Shown here: one piece after another, positions 9,316 to 19,323 of the stretch
Layout: each line of letters starts with the position of its first letter
How positions within the stretch are numbered: position 1 is the stretch's first letter
Source of the DNA: Candidatus Saccharimonadota bacterium
GTDB lineage: Bacteria > Pseudomonadota > Alphaproteobacteria > Rickettsiales > Anaplasmataceae
DNA length: 32,000 bases
Direction of reading: 5' to 3'
Assembly (NCBI RefSeq): GCF_025021925.1
Contig: NZ_CP092368.1
Location: 240,001 to 272,000, forward strand
Position numbers and translations under genes: made by a program
Notes under the pieces: generated by a model
The model's input: only the letters and a program-made list of their open reading frames with translations
Told to the model about the DNA's origin: nothing
The model's database searches: none

Positions 9316-9342
9316 TATGATAATAATATCAAATATAGAAAG

Positions 9343-9513
9343 CTAACGATCTATCTCATGGTGCGATGATAATTTATCTCCTTCCTTAAGTTCTTGTTTG
9401 AGATTCTTAATACCTTTTCCTAAATCTCCCATTACTTGTGGTAATTTACCAGCACCAAAAAGAACTAAAATGATTACTAATACTAAAAATAATTGCCATG
9501 GTCCTAAACTCAT
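9343..9513 (-). CDS. tatA: Sec-independent (twin-arginine) translocase protein TatA/E
   Basis: [44 protein letters not shown] is a canonical TatA TM helix plus amphipathic helix. The preferred ATG at 9513 follows GGAGG (complement of 9518-9522) with a 4-nt spacer. The ORF-track start at 9531 would place that SD inside the coding sequence. Confidence 0.88.
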   Translation of the reverse strand: MSLGPWQLFLVLVIILVLFGAGKLPQVMGDLGKGIKNLKQELKEGDKLSSHHEIDR

Positions 9514-10021
9514 TTTTCCTCCATTTATCATTCTCTACTTTAGAATATTTATTTTCAATAATCTAATATCTAGACTACATCATCTTGATATAGTTGTAAA
9601 TCAAGACTTTTTATCTTGATAAGCAAATTTTTAAGGTAAATATTATCTAGTACTTTAACTTTTTTTCTCTTAAAATATTTGATATTTATGTTAAAATTCT
9701 CTTTGCTCTTTAAATCTCTATTAATTATTTGAATATTACAATAAATTTCTCTTAAGGTATCGAAGATAATTGCTCAAAGCAATGATTATCATAACATTAT
9801 ATAGCGATACCAATAAAACGCATATTTTAGTGACAATATATTATATGATCACTAATACGAGAGTATAATACATTTATATATTGTGATGTGTACTATACTG
9901 AATATGTATTATCACATTGATATCATGAGAGAGCAAGTCATATATTTTGATGATATATCTATATTTTAGTTATGAAGAATATTATGAAGAATATAGTGAT
10001 AGATAGATGAAAAGGGTATAT

Positions 10022-11293
10022 TTAGCTACCAATATCATATCTAAAAAAACCACCTGGCCATTTTAAATAATGCAATGCTGAGTATACTTTACTTTTAGCT
10101 TCTTCTTTTGTTTCACCATCTGCTACTATATTCAACACCCTACCACCATCAGAAATCCAATTTCCATATTGATCTAGTTGAGTGCCAGCGTGAAATACTA
10201 ATATACCAGGTAATCTAGAGATTTCATTTAATCCTTGAATCATTTCTCCCTTGTAATAATTACTAGGATAACCTTTACTTGCTACTACTACACAGACTAT
10301 AGATCTATTATTGAACTCTATTTTACTAATGTTAAGATTGCCTTGTGCAACTGATAATATCAATTGTAATAAGTCACAGTTAGGAGAAAGTCTAGGTAAA
10401 ATCGATTGTATTTCTGGATCACCAAATCTCACATTATATTCAAGAAGCTTAGGACCATCATGACAAATCATCAGTCCAGCAAAAAGAGCTCCTCTATAAG
10501 TAATACCTAGATTATTGAGAGCATGCACTGTAGGATGTATGATTCTCTCTAAAATTTCTTGTTCTAGTGCTTGATTAATCAAATCAGGTGAAGAATATGA
10601 TCCCATACCGCCAGTATTTTGACTATCAAAATTCATATTTACTCTTTTGTAATCTTTTGCACATCCAAATGATACTATCTTTAAACCATCTACCAGAACA
10701 AAAAAACTTACCTCTTCTCCAGATAAAAATTCTTCTATAATGATTTTTTTGTTTACATTACCAAATTTTTTCTCTACTAAAATTGCATCTACTGCTGCGC
10801 AAGCTTGATCTTTAGTTTGACATATTATGACACCTTTACCGCGTGCTAGTCCATTTGCTTTTACTACAAGAGGAAAGTGTGTTTTTGTACTATAAATAAA
10901 ATTTTGTGCTTCTTTTGCATCAATAAAGCACTTATAATCGGCAGTTGGGATACCATATTGAGTACATAATTTCTTAGTAAAAGACTTTGATTTTTCTAGC
11001 ATTGCAGAGTCTCGATCTGGACCAAACACATGTATTCCTATCTCTACTAATACATCAGCTAGACCATCAATAATTAACTTTTCTGATCCAATAATTACTA
11101 ACTCTATATTTTTTTTCTTACAAAATTGTATAATATTCACTGTATCATCAATCTTAATATCTACAATAGTAGCAAGATTTTTCATAGCATAACGACCAGG
11201 AAGAATATACATCTCACTCAAGAGAGGAGACTTGTTCAATGCCCATAATATTGCATGTTCTCGTCCTCCGGATCCTATAACTAAAACTTTCAT
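10022..11293 (-). CDS. purD: Phosphoribosylamine-glycine ligase (GAR synthetase)
   Basis: MKVLVIGSGGREHAILWAL N-terminus, ATP-grasp core, 423 aa. A GAGGAA SD lies 5 nt upstream of the ATG. Confidence 0.92.
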   Translation of the reverse strand: MKVLVIGSGGREHAILWALNKSPLLSEMYILPGRYAMKNLATIVDIKIDDTVNIIQFCKKKNIELVIIGSEKLIIDGLADVLVEIGIHVFGPDRDSAMLEKSKSFTKKLCTQYGIPTADYKCFIDAKEAQNFIYSTKTHFPLVVKANGLARGKGVIICQTKDQACAAVDAILVEKKFGNVNKKIIIEEFLSGEEVSFFVLVDGLKIVSFGCAKDYKRVNMNFDSQNTGGMGSYSSPDLINQALEQEILERIIHPTVHALNNLGITYRGALFAGLMICHDGPKLLEYNVRFGDPEIQSILPRLSPNCDLLQLILSVAQGNLNISKIEFNNRSIVCVVVASKGYPSNYYKGEMIQGLNEISRLPGILVFHAGTQLDQYGNWISDGGRVLNIVADGETKEEAKSKVYSALHYLKWPGGFFRYDIGS

Positions 11294-11317
11294 AATTTCC
11301 TCATTAGCAACTCAATT

Positions 11318-12598
11318 CTATATATTGATAGTACTACTGTTACCTAGAAATGGGCGTAATATCTTTGGAATAGTAATTGAACCATCAGAATTTTGATAAT
11401 TCTCCATTATTGCAATAATCATTCTTCCTATTGCGACTGCTGATCCGTTTAAAGTATGCACATATTTCTTAACTTGCTTATTATACAGCATGGAATATTT
11501 TGTATTCATTCTTCTTGCTTGAAATGCGCCGCAATTTGAACAGCTTGATATTTCTCTATATGTTTTTTGATAAGGCATCCAAACTTCTATATCATAGGCC
11601 TTTTGTGCAGCAAAACTCATATTCATGCTACATAATAGCATTATTCTATAAGGTAATTCTAATGTTTTTAATACTGTTTCAACAATACTAATGATACGAT
11701 GTAGTTCATTATTAGATTCTTCTTGATTTGTAATACTCACTAGTTCTACTTTTCCAAATTGATGTTGCCTTATCATGCCAATATTATCTACACCTGCATT
11801 TCCAGCTTCTTTACGAAAACACTCTGAATACGCAGTAACTCGGATAGGTAATTCTTCTTCTTTTAAGATCTTATCCGATACTAAATTTGTTAAGACTACT
11901 TCGCTTGTTGGAATTAATCTTAATTCATTCTTAGTGCAATATGAATCATCAGAAAACTTAGGGAGTTGCCCAACATTATACATTGCATTGCTTTTCACAA
12001 GAGAGGGATGATAAATTTCAGTATAACCAAATTGATTGACATGCATTTCAAGCATAAAATGTGTTAATACTCGTGCAAGCTTAGCTAATTGTCCTTTTAA
12101 TATAACAAATCTTGAACCTGAGATTTTTGCTGTTTGTGCAAAATCCATTAAATTTAATTTTTGCCCTAAATAAAAATGAGATTGAGGAATAAAATCAAAT
12201 ATTCTTTTATGCTCTTCATCTTTTTTAATTTCTATATTATCATTATCATGATCACCTATTGGTACGTCTCGTAGTGGAATGTTAGGCAAGTGAGATACAA
12301 TCTTTAATAATTGTTCTCTATTTTGTTGTTCTTTTAGGACAATTTTATCTATTTTATTTGTGATTTCTTTTGATAATAATATTTTATGTTGAATACAAGC
12401 ATGATTCATTTTTAGTATTTTGATTTCCTCTGTAATTTGATTACGTTGTTTATGTAAAGCTTGCAATTTAGTAGTAAGATGTCTTTTTTGACAATCGATT
12501 TTTAATATCTCATGTACAGTAAAGTCTTTTATACCTCTACTTTGTATTTCTTTTGCAAACTTTTCAGGATTATTACGTATATATTCTATATCATGCAT
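11318..12598 (-). CDS. serS: Seryl-tRNA synthetase
   Basis: Class II motifs (FRKEAG, GSAVAIGR). The N-terminal coiled-coil arm begins MHDIEYIRNNPEKF, the canonical SerS start, so I prefer the ATG at 12598 over the ORF-track start at 12661. Confidence 0.9.
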   Translation of the reverse strand: MHDIEYIRNNPEKFAKEIQSRGIKDFTVHEILKIDCQKRHLTTKLQALHKQRNQITEEIKILKMNHACIQHKILLSKEITNKIDKIVLKEQQNREQLLKIVSHLPNIPLRDVPIGDHDNDNIEIKKDEEHKRIFDFIPQSHFYLGQKLNLMDFAQTAKISGSRFVILKGQLAKLARVLTHFMLEMHVNQFGYTEIYHPSLVKSNAMYNVGQLPKFSDDSYCTKNELRLIPTSEVVLTNLVSDKILKEEELPIRVTAYSECFRKEAGNAGVDNIGMIRQHQFGKVELVSITNQEESNNELHRIISIVETVLKTLELPYRIMLLCSMNMSFAAQKAYDIEVWMPYQKTYREISSCSNCGAFQARRMNTKYSMLYNKQVKKYVHTLNGSAVAIGRMIIAIMENYQNSDGSITIPKILRPFLGNSSTINI

Positions 12599-12846
12599 TG
12601 TATATTTTATATCATTCATCCAAGATATTGTGAATATACTCACAAATCTCTTAAGACTCAATATTTTCTTAAAATTAAGCGTGATAGTGTGTAATATATC
12701 ATTTCCTAAATAATACTGCTATAAAATGTAAATATATTGAATCATACCATCTAATGATGAGCAATAGAATTTTCTATAAAATCATTATCATATCTTCAAT
12801 CTTTATAATATAAATGATATTATCACATATCGTTACTTATAATATT

Positions 12847-13800
12847 ATGTCACTGCAATTAGGAGATTTGATATTTGACAAACCAGTAATTTTAGCTCCT
12901 ATGTCTGGTATCACTGATTATCCATTTAGAACTCTTGTGAAAAAGCTTGGAGCCAATTTATTAATTTCAGAAATGATTGCAAGTAGAGCTATGATTGCTC
13001 AAACTAATAAAAGCATGAGAAAAGCACAAGTTGATGAATTAACTGCTGTACAACTTGCTGGATGTGATCCTGTTATTATTGCGGAAGCTGCAAAATTAAA
13101 TGAGGACATGGGAGTAAAAATAATAGACATCAATTTTGGATGCCCTGTTAAAAAAGTTGTCAATGGATATGCAGGTGCAGCTTTGATGTGTGATGAAAAA
13201 AAAGCCTCAGAAATCATTGCATCTGTGGTACAATCAGTGAAGATACCAGTGACATTAAAGATGCGTACTGGATGGAATGCGCAAAGACTTAATGCTACTA
13301 AAATTGCAAAAATTGCTGAAGATCTTGGCATACAGATGATTACTGTGCACTGTAGAACACGAGAACAATTTTATACTGGCTCAGTAGATTGGACATTTGT
13401 GAAAAAAATTAAGGAAGTAGTAAAAATTCCAATTATAGTTAATGGAGATATTAGAACTATTAGTGATATCAAGGAATCTCTTGCACAATCTAGCGCAGAT
13501 GGCATAATGATTGGTCGTGGTATATATGGAAAACCATGGTTCATTCATCAAGCAATTAATTTCCTCAGTCAAAGTGAGATATATGAACCTACAAATTTAG
13601 AAAAATTAAATATAATACTTGAGCATTATGATCATATATTAGAATTTTATGGAAAGAATATAGGGGTTAAAATAGCAAAAAAACATATAGGTTGGTATAG
13701 TATGGGTATTCATGATTCATCAATATTCCGTGCAAAAATTAATAGTATGTATGATTTTTTAGAAATAAAAGACAATATTTTAGCCTTTTTTAGTAGATGA
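12847..13800 (+). CDS. dusB: tRNA-dihydrouridine synthase (DusB / NifR3 family)
   Basis: PVILAPMSGITDYPFR, DINFGCP and VHCRT are Dus-family motifs. I prefer the ATG at 12847 (MSLQLGDLIFDKPVILAPM) over 12814. Its 3' end overlaps the pheT 3' end by 21 nt. Confidence 0.85.
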   Translation: MSLQLGDLIFDKPVILAPMSGITDYPFRTLVKKLGANLLISEMIASRAMIAQTNKSMRKAQVDELTAVQLAGCDPVIIAEAAKLNEDMGVKIIDINFGCPVKKVVNGYAGAALMCDEKKASEIIASVVQSVKIPVTLKMRTGWNAQRLNATKIAKIAEDLGIQMITVHCRTREQFYTGSVDWTFVKKIKEVVKIPIIVNGDIRTISDIKESLAQSSADGIMIGRGIYGKPWFIHQAINFLSQSEIYEPTNLEKLNIILEHYDHILEFYGKNIGVKIAKKHIGWYSMGIHDSSIFRAKINSMYDFLEIKDNILAFFSR

Positions 13801-16170
13801 CTCATATCTTAAAATACCTCCTACATTTTGCGAGATCAATTGTATTATTATATTTGAGGCTTTTTGAATTTCTTCTTCATTAAGAGTATGAGTTGGAGAG
13901 CATAAAGTTACAGAAAGTCCTATAGACATTTTGTTCAAATCTGAATTCTCTCCATGATATATATCAAAGACTGATGTTTCTACAATAAGTTCTGAACTAT
14001 GTCGTACTATTTGTACTAAAGTATCGACTGCAACATCATTATTTACAATAAATGCAAAGTCACGTTTTACATGTTGAAATTTATAATCAATAAATGCTTT
14101 CTTTTTAATAGGTAGATCTTTTATATTCTGTAATATTAGTTCAAATCCTACAATTTTTTGTCTTACTTCAAACATACTTAATACTTTCGGATGTATTTCT
14201 CCAAAATAACCTATTATTGTATTTGCAAAAGATACAGTACCTGATCTACCTGTATGATAATATACTTGTTTGATATCTTCTTTTGCTATTCTACAAATAG
14301 TAATATCCTCACAATCAATGTTGAAGATCTCTAATGCAGATATTAAATCAGCTTTTACATCAAAAAGATCTACTTCTCGATTATCATAATAATGATTTCT
14401 TGGAATATTCATTCCTGTTCTTACACCACTTAAAACATCTATATCGTAATTCAGAGAAAGATTATGAGTATTATAAATTGGCCCAATTTCAAAAATTGCG
14501 AGATCAGATATTCCAGTAGAAAGATTCTCTTTAATGACTTGTAATAAATTTGGGATTATAGTTGGTCGCATAATAGTGTAATTGTAATTGAAAGGATGAG
14601 TAATCATAAATTTCTTGTTATGATAGCCGAATTTTTTAGCTATAATATCACTCATAAAGGACCATGTGAGCACCTCATAAAATCCTCTACTTACCATCAA
14701 AACACGTAAATCATCTGTGTTATCCCATGATGAAACAGAAGTTTCTAATATAGATTGTTCTTTTATGTTATTAACACCATATATTCTGACTACTTCTTCA
14801 ATTAGATCGATAGGTAGAGTAATATCTTGTCTCCAACTAGGCACTATTATGTTCCAAAAATCTCTTTCTTGATTTGTAATGATAAATCCTAACTTATTAA
14901 AAATATCATGTATCTTGTGAAGAGTAATAGAGATATTTCCAAGTTGTCTAATGTGCTCATAACTTACATTGATATTCATCTCTTGTCTTGTAAGAATACC
15001 ATCAGATATTATAAATGAATTCAATCCTCCACATATATCTAAGACCATTTTAGTTGCAAGTTTTAATCCACTCAATACAAAATTATGATCGATTGATCGT
15101 GATAATCTACAACTATATTCTGTATGAAGATTAAGTGTTCTTGAAGAATACATAATAGAAAGTGGATTAATGATCGGTACAATAAATAAAATATTAATAG
15201 TTTGAAATGTACATGCACTATATGTTCCACATATAATACCAGCAATACCATGAATATTCAGATCATCAGAATAAATATCTATTTTCTCATTTAATAGATA
15301 TTCTGTACCATTTAATGCAAGGCAACTATCTCCATGATTAGCTTTTTTAATTGCTAATGTAGAATGCAATTTATCTGCATCAAATACATGTATTGGGAGA
15401 TTAAAAGAGATCATAATGTAATGCATAATATCAACTATTGCATTGGTAGTATTCATACCTATTGATGCTAATTTAGTACTTAACCACTGTGGAGTTTCTT
15501 TGTTTGAAATATTGTTCATGTATATTCCAATCATGATATTGTCAATATCATGTACTTTGAGATTTATAGGTGATTCAATAGATGGAATAAGATCCGGGAT
15601 ATTTAAAGTTTTTAATGTCCCAATACCAGCAGCAGCAAGATCTCTGGCTATTCCATAAATACCAAGACAATCTCCACGATTTGGTGTGATATTGACATCA
15701 ATACATGTCTCATAATAAAAAAAGCTAGTGCCTACTTTATACTGATCAGATATAATGATGATCTCATCACTATATGTATTAGATCGCCCTAATTCATACT
15801 CAGAACATATTATACCTTCACTTACAGATCCACAAATTTCTTTTTTTTCAACTTTACAATTTCTTTTTGGTAAGACAGTACCAAGAGATGCAAGAACAAT
15901 GTTTACCCCTTCTCTGAGATTATGCGCTCCGCATACTATTTGAAGTGTGTGAGTACCATCATATACTTGACATAAGTGTAATTGATTAGTAAGTGGATGA
16001 GGAATGATCTGTAATAATTGTGCAATAATAAAACCTTCTTGTCTTTCATGCTGAATAATATTTTCTACTTCTAACCCGATATATGTTAATGTATTGGTAA
16101 TTTCATCTACACTAGCATCAGTATCTAAATATTCTAATAACCAAGAGAGTGTAAATTTCATGAATTTCAC
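13780..16170 (-). CDS. pheT: Phenylalanyl-tRNA synthetase beta subunit
   Basis: About 796 aa. M(KFM)KFTLSWLLEYLDT N-terminus, tRNA-binding, B3/4 and B5 domains, and a C-terminal FDX-ACB-like domain by layout. The start could be the ATG at 16170 or at 16161. Confidence 0.9.
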   Translation of the reverse strand: MKFMKFTLSWLLEYLDTDASVDEITNTLTYIGLEVENIIQHERQEGFIIAQLLQIIPHPLTNQLHLCQVYDGTHTLQIVCGAHNLREGVNIVLASLGTVLPKRNCKVEKKEICGSVSEGIICSEYELGRSNTYSDEIIIISDQYKVGTSFFYYETCIDVNITPNRGDCLGIYGIARDLAAAGIGTLKTLNIPDLIPSIESPINLKVHDIDNIMIGIYMNNISNKETPQWLSTKLASIGMNTTNAIVDIMHYIMISFNLPIHVFDADKLHSTLAIKKANHGDSCLALNGTEYLLNEKIDIYSDDLNIHGIAGIICGTYSACTFQTINILFIVPIINPLSIMYSSRTLNLHTEYSCRLSRSIDHNFVLSGLKLATKMVLDICGGLNSFIISDGILTRQEMNINVSYEHIRQLGNISITLHKIHDIFNKLGFIITNQERDFWNIIVPSWRQDITLPIDLIEEVVRIYGVNNIKEQSILETSVSSWDNTDDLRVLMVSRGFYEVLTWSFMSDIIAKKFGYHNKKFMITHPFNYNYTIMRPTIIPNLLQVIKENLSTGISDLAIFEIGPIYNTHNLSLNYDIDVLSGVRTGMNIPRNHYYDNREVDLFDVKADLISALEIFNIDCEDITICRIAKEDIKQVYYHTGRSGTVSFANTIIGYFGEIHPKVLSMFEVRQKIVGFELILQNIKDLPIKKKAFIDYKFQHVKRDFAFIVNNDVAVDTLVQIVRHSSELIVETSVFDIYHGENSDLNKMSIGLSVTLCSPTHTLNEEEIQKASNIIIQLISQNVGGILRYESSTKKG

Positions 16171-16391
16171 GACATACTTTGTAAGTAAAGTACTTTAACA
16201 TATAAGATCACTCTTTGAAAGTAGTTAGTAGATCTATAAATCTATAGCACGATACGAGTCATTCAATGCATATGTGATATGCAATATTGAATTACATAAA
16301 AAATATTTTAGTGATCACTTTAGCACTTGACGCAAGGTAATAAACTAGATATTGATCATCTTATCGTCAAAAAAGATTATAAGTAATTAAA

Positions 16392-17120
16392 ATGTTATTA
16401 AATCCTATAGAGCAATTTAAGATATATACAATAATAGAATTACCTCAGTTGTTAGGATATGAAATACATATTACTAATTCTGCTATTTTTATGTATATTG
16501 CGATCATCAGCGCAACATTTTTTTTACTGCTTAGTTTAAAGAATACATCAGTAATATTACGATATATGTATATTATGGTCGAATATATATATCAATTTGT
16601 AATTTCAATAATAGAAAATAATACTGGTATTAGGGGACTGAGACATATATCGTTGGTATTTACAGTATTCATGTTTATTTTATTCTGCAATTTGCTAGGA
16701 ATTTTACCTTACAGTTTTACTGTGACCAGTCATGTTAGTGTAACTTTTGCTTTATCAATGATAGTATGTACTTATATTACAATTGTAGGATTTCAAGAAA
16801 GAGGAATGAAATTTTTTCGTATATTATTGCCTAAGGGTACTCCATTCTGGCTTGCACCAATGATGATTTTTATTGAATTATTTACATATCTTGCAAGACC
16901 TATTAGTTTATCAATCAGATTAGCAGCTAATATGATTGCAGGTCATACAATTATCAAAGTAATAGCAGGATTCATGATGAGTATGAATATATTATTCTCT
17001 CCTATCATTCTTTTGTTTATAATATTATTAATCTGGTTTGAAATATTTGTTGCTATTTTACAAGCTTATATTTTTACGTCTTTAACGTGTGTATATTTAT
17101 CAGATGCAGTAAATAATTGA
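16392..17120 (+). CDS. atpB: F0F1 ATP synthase subunit a
   Basis: 242-aa polytopic protein with the essential-Arg motif [12 protein letters not shown]. It is first in an atpB-E-F'-F cluster. Confidence 0.9.
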   Translation: MLLNPIEQFKIYTIIELPQLLGYEIHITNSAIFMYIAIISATFFLLLSLKNTSVILRYMYIMVEYIYQFVISIIENNTGIRGLRHISLVFTVFMFILFCNLLGILPYSFTVTSHVSVTFALSMIVCTYITIVGFQERGMKFFRILLPKGTPFWLAPMMIFIELFTYLARPISLSIRLAANMIAGHTIIKVIAGFMMSMNILFSPIILLFIILLIWFEIFVAILQAYIFTSLTCVYLSDAVNN

Positions 17121-17179
17121 CTTAATTGATTTCAGACGATAGAATCGGTTCTGTACAAAAATACTTAGTTAGGTAACAT

Positions 17180-17407
17180 ATGGATTTGGAAGCTTTAAAA
17201 TTTATAGCAATTGGTTTTAGTGTATTTGGCATGTTAGGTGCAGGAATTGGTGTATCAAACATATTTTCAAATATGTTAAATGGACTTGCAAGAAATCCTG
17301 AATCAGAAGATAAAATGAAAAAATATGTATATACAGGAGCAGCTTTAGTGGAAGCAATGGGACTATTTGCATTTTTACTTGCTTTATTATTAATATTTGT
17401 TGCATGA
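17180..17407 (+). CDS. atpE: F0F1 ATP synthase subunit c
   Basis: 75-aa helical hairpin with the polar loop LARNPE and the carboxylate helix TGAALVEAMGLF. Confidence 0.92.
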   Translation: MDLEALKFIAIGFSVFGMLGAGIGVSNIFSNMLNGLARNPESEDKMKKYVYTGAALVEAMGLFAFLLALLLIFVA

Positions 17408-17417
17408 GAATGATATA

Positions 17418-17900
17418 ATGCCTCAGCTTGATCTATCAACATTTTCTTCACAAATTTTTTGGTTAACTCTCTCCTTTCTTTTTATGTATTCCATAATTAG
17501 TTATATCTTTTTGCCAAAGTTAGAACAAAAAATATGCTATAAAAATAATATGATATTAGAATCTTTTAATAATTCTCTTTATATTTTATTCATGATAGAA
17601 CATAAATTAATTAAGTATAATTTAGCTTTACAAGGAGCACACAGACAAGCAAAGAAGATCTTAAATGATGCATTTGATCAGATAGATCAAATAAAAAGTA
17701 ATTTGATACTTACATTACAAGAACAAGATAAAGCGACTCTTCAGCAGATTCATAAACAAATAGAAATATTTAAATCTAATCATAGTCATGAACTACAACA
17801 AATCGCACTTGCTATTACGTCAATTTATTATTCAAAATTGACAGATCGTGAGATGAAAAAAAATCACTGTGTTGTTCATTTTATTGAGGGAGTGTTTTAA
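17418..17900 (+). CDS. atpF2: F0F1 ATP synthase subunit b' (alphaproteobacterial second b-type stalk subunit)
   Basis: MPQLDLSTFSSQIFWLTLSFLFMY is the typical b' start (MPQLD..F..Q.FW), followed by one TM helix and a long charged helix. I prefer the ATG at 17418 over the ORF-track 17397, which overlaps atpE. Confidence 0.7.
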   Translation: MPQLDLSTFSSQIFWLTLSFLFMYSIISYIFLPKLEQKICYKNNMILESFNNSLYILFMIEHKLIKYNLALQGAHRQAKKILNDAFDQIDQIKSNLILTLQEQDKATLQQIHKQIEIFKSNHSHELQQIALAITSIYYSKLTDREMKKNHCVVHFIEGVF

Positions 17901-17905
17901 AATTT

Positions 17906-18439
17906 ATGTCTTCTTCATTAATGATTAGTATAGCTTTCTTAATCAGTATTATGACCGCATATATATTATTAAAAAATAAGATAAAAGATCTTCTTGATAA
18001 TGAGCATAATAAAAATTCTTTAATGAAAGAAGAAATTGAGCGTTTTAGCAAAGAAGTAAGAAATTATTACAAAACATTTTCTGAAAAATATGATAAATTA
18101 GATATAGAGATTAATAAAATTGTAGATACATCAGTACATCAAGCTAATGCAATGCTTGAAAAGCAAAGACAGGATATGCAAAAACTTCTAGATCATAATT
18201 CTCATATCAATTTAAAGAAAGTTACTGAACAAATAAAAAAAGATATTGTAGAATTACATATTAATTCAACATGTATAGCAGCTTCTGCTGTGGAATATAT
18301 AATATCTAAAAATAAAGATGTTAATTTGTATAGTCATATTATCTCTTCATATATTCATCAAGTAAATGCAACTCTTCAACAAGTATTTTCTGTTGATAAT
18401 CAAAAGAGCATAAATGCACATCATCATGATACAGAATAG
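17906..18439 (+). CDS. atpF: F0F1 ATP synthase subunit b
   Basis: 177 aa. One N-terminal TM helix (LMISIAFLISIMTAYILL) and a long K/E-rich helix, positioned directly after b' as in alphaproteobacterial F0 operons. Sequence conservation is low, so the call rests mostly on architecture and context. Confidence 0.65.
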   Translation: MSSSLMISIAFLISIMTAYILLKNKIKDLLDNEHNKNSLMKEEIERFSKEVRNYYKTFSEKYDKLDIEINKIVDTSVHQANAMLEKQRQDMQKLLDHNSHINLKKVTEQIKKDIVELHINSTCIAASAVEYIISKNKDVNLYSHIISSYIHQVNATLQQVFSVDNQKSINAHHHDTE

Positions 18440-18461
18440 AAAAAAATTAGTACAATTTAAT

Positions 18462-18497
18462 ATATTTGAGTAATCATTTAAATGATTATTCAAATAT
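18462..18497. terminator. Candidate bidirectional terminator (36-bp palindrome, one G-T pair)
   Basis: ATATTTGAGTAATCATTT (18462-18479) pairs with AAATGATTATTCAAATAT (18480-18497), with a single G:T position. It fills the 61-nt gap between the convergent atpF (stop 18439) and dcd (stop 18501), and TTTATTAT follows on the plus strand. Confidence 0.5.
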
Positions 18498-18500
18498 TTA

Positions 18501-19058
18501 TTATATAAGTGGTAAAGTAATTCCACGCTGCTTCATATATTTTCCTTGCATCTCATCATATGATTTCTCGCACTCACTGGTACTACTCAAAAATAATAAT
18601 TGACATGCTCCCTCTTTAGCATAAAGTTTTGCAGGAAGAGGAGTAGTATTGGAAAATTCTAATGTGACATGCCCTTCCCATCCTGGCTCTAAGGGAGTAA
18701 CATTTACTATAATTCCGCACCTTGCATATGTTGATTTACCTACACAAAGTACTATGATATTTCTTGGAATACGAAAATATTCTACTGTACTTGCAAGCAC
18801 AAAGCTATTAGGTGGAATGATACAAATGTCTGTTTCTTTATCTATAAAGCTATTCTCAGAAAATTGCTTTGGATCTATTATTTCTGAATGTATATTAGTA
18901 AAAATCTTGAATTTATTATTCAGTGTTGCATCATATCCATAGGAAGATAATCCACAAGAAATGACGCCCTTGTTTCTTTTATAATTAATAAATGGCTCTA
19001 TCATTCCAAACTTTTCAGCTTGTTCTTTTATCCATAAATCTGACATCACGCACATCAT
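18501..19058 (-). CDS. dcd: dCTP deaminase
   Basis: [19 protein letters not shown]-terminus, GYDATL, and [17 protein letters not shown] (dUTPase-like fold motifs). The start may be the ATG at 19058, 19055 or 19046. Confidence 0.88.
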   Translation of the reverse strand: MMCVMSDLWIKEQAEKFGMIEPFINYKRNKGVISCGLSSYGYDATLNNKFKIFTNIHSEIIDPKQFSENSFIDKETDICIIPPNSFVLASTVEYFRIPRNIIVLCVGKSTYARCGIIVNVTPLEPGWEGHVTLEFSNTTPLPAKLYAKEGACQLLFLSSTSECEKSYDEMQGKYMKQRGITLPLI

Positions 19059-19323
19059 AATTCTTTAAAAAAGATAATATCTATCATACTACTAAAATCA
19101 TCATATTGTAAAATAAGTTTATTATGTAATAGATATGATTTTAATTAAATATATCTTAAATTCCTCATGAATTATATATTATCAGAATCTCAACATAAAA
19201 TTTTTACAATATATCTATCAATAGAAATTTTGCTCAATATGATTAAAAGAATAATATAAAAAGTTATACTGTAACGTAATCACAAAAAAATTCTTTTTTT
19301 ATTGTTTGAATTTGCATTCAAAT

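Noticed and set aside
17122-17451. 109-aa minus-strand ORF fully covering atpE, plus the 62-aa ORF at 17217..17405
   Set aside because: This is a shadow ORF antisense to a strongly conserved gene (ATP synthase subunit c). The sequence is low-complexity with no recognisable motifs. Long antisense frames are a known artefact opposite real coding regions.
18940-18960. DnaA-box-like word TAATCCACA and the possibility of a replication origin
   Set aside because: It is a single one-mismatch box inside the dcd coding sequence. There is no cluster of boxes in any spacer, and no strand-bias switch in gene orientation that would indicate an origin.
19305-19322. Hairpin TTTGAAT-TTGC-ATTCAAA adjacent to the pstS stop, and the nearby A7-TTC-T7 tract (19284-19300)
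   Set aside because: The stem is 7 bp and AT-rich, and the U-run lies about 20 nt away on the minus strand. It is plausibly a weak terminator but indistinguishable from background AT-rich self-complementarity.
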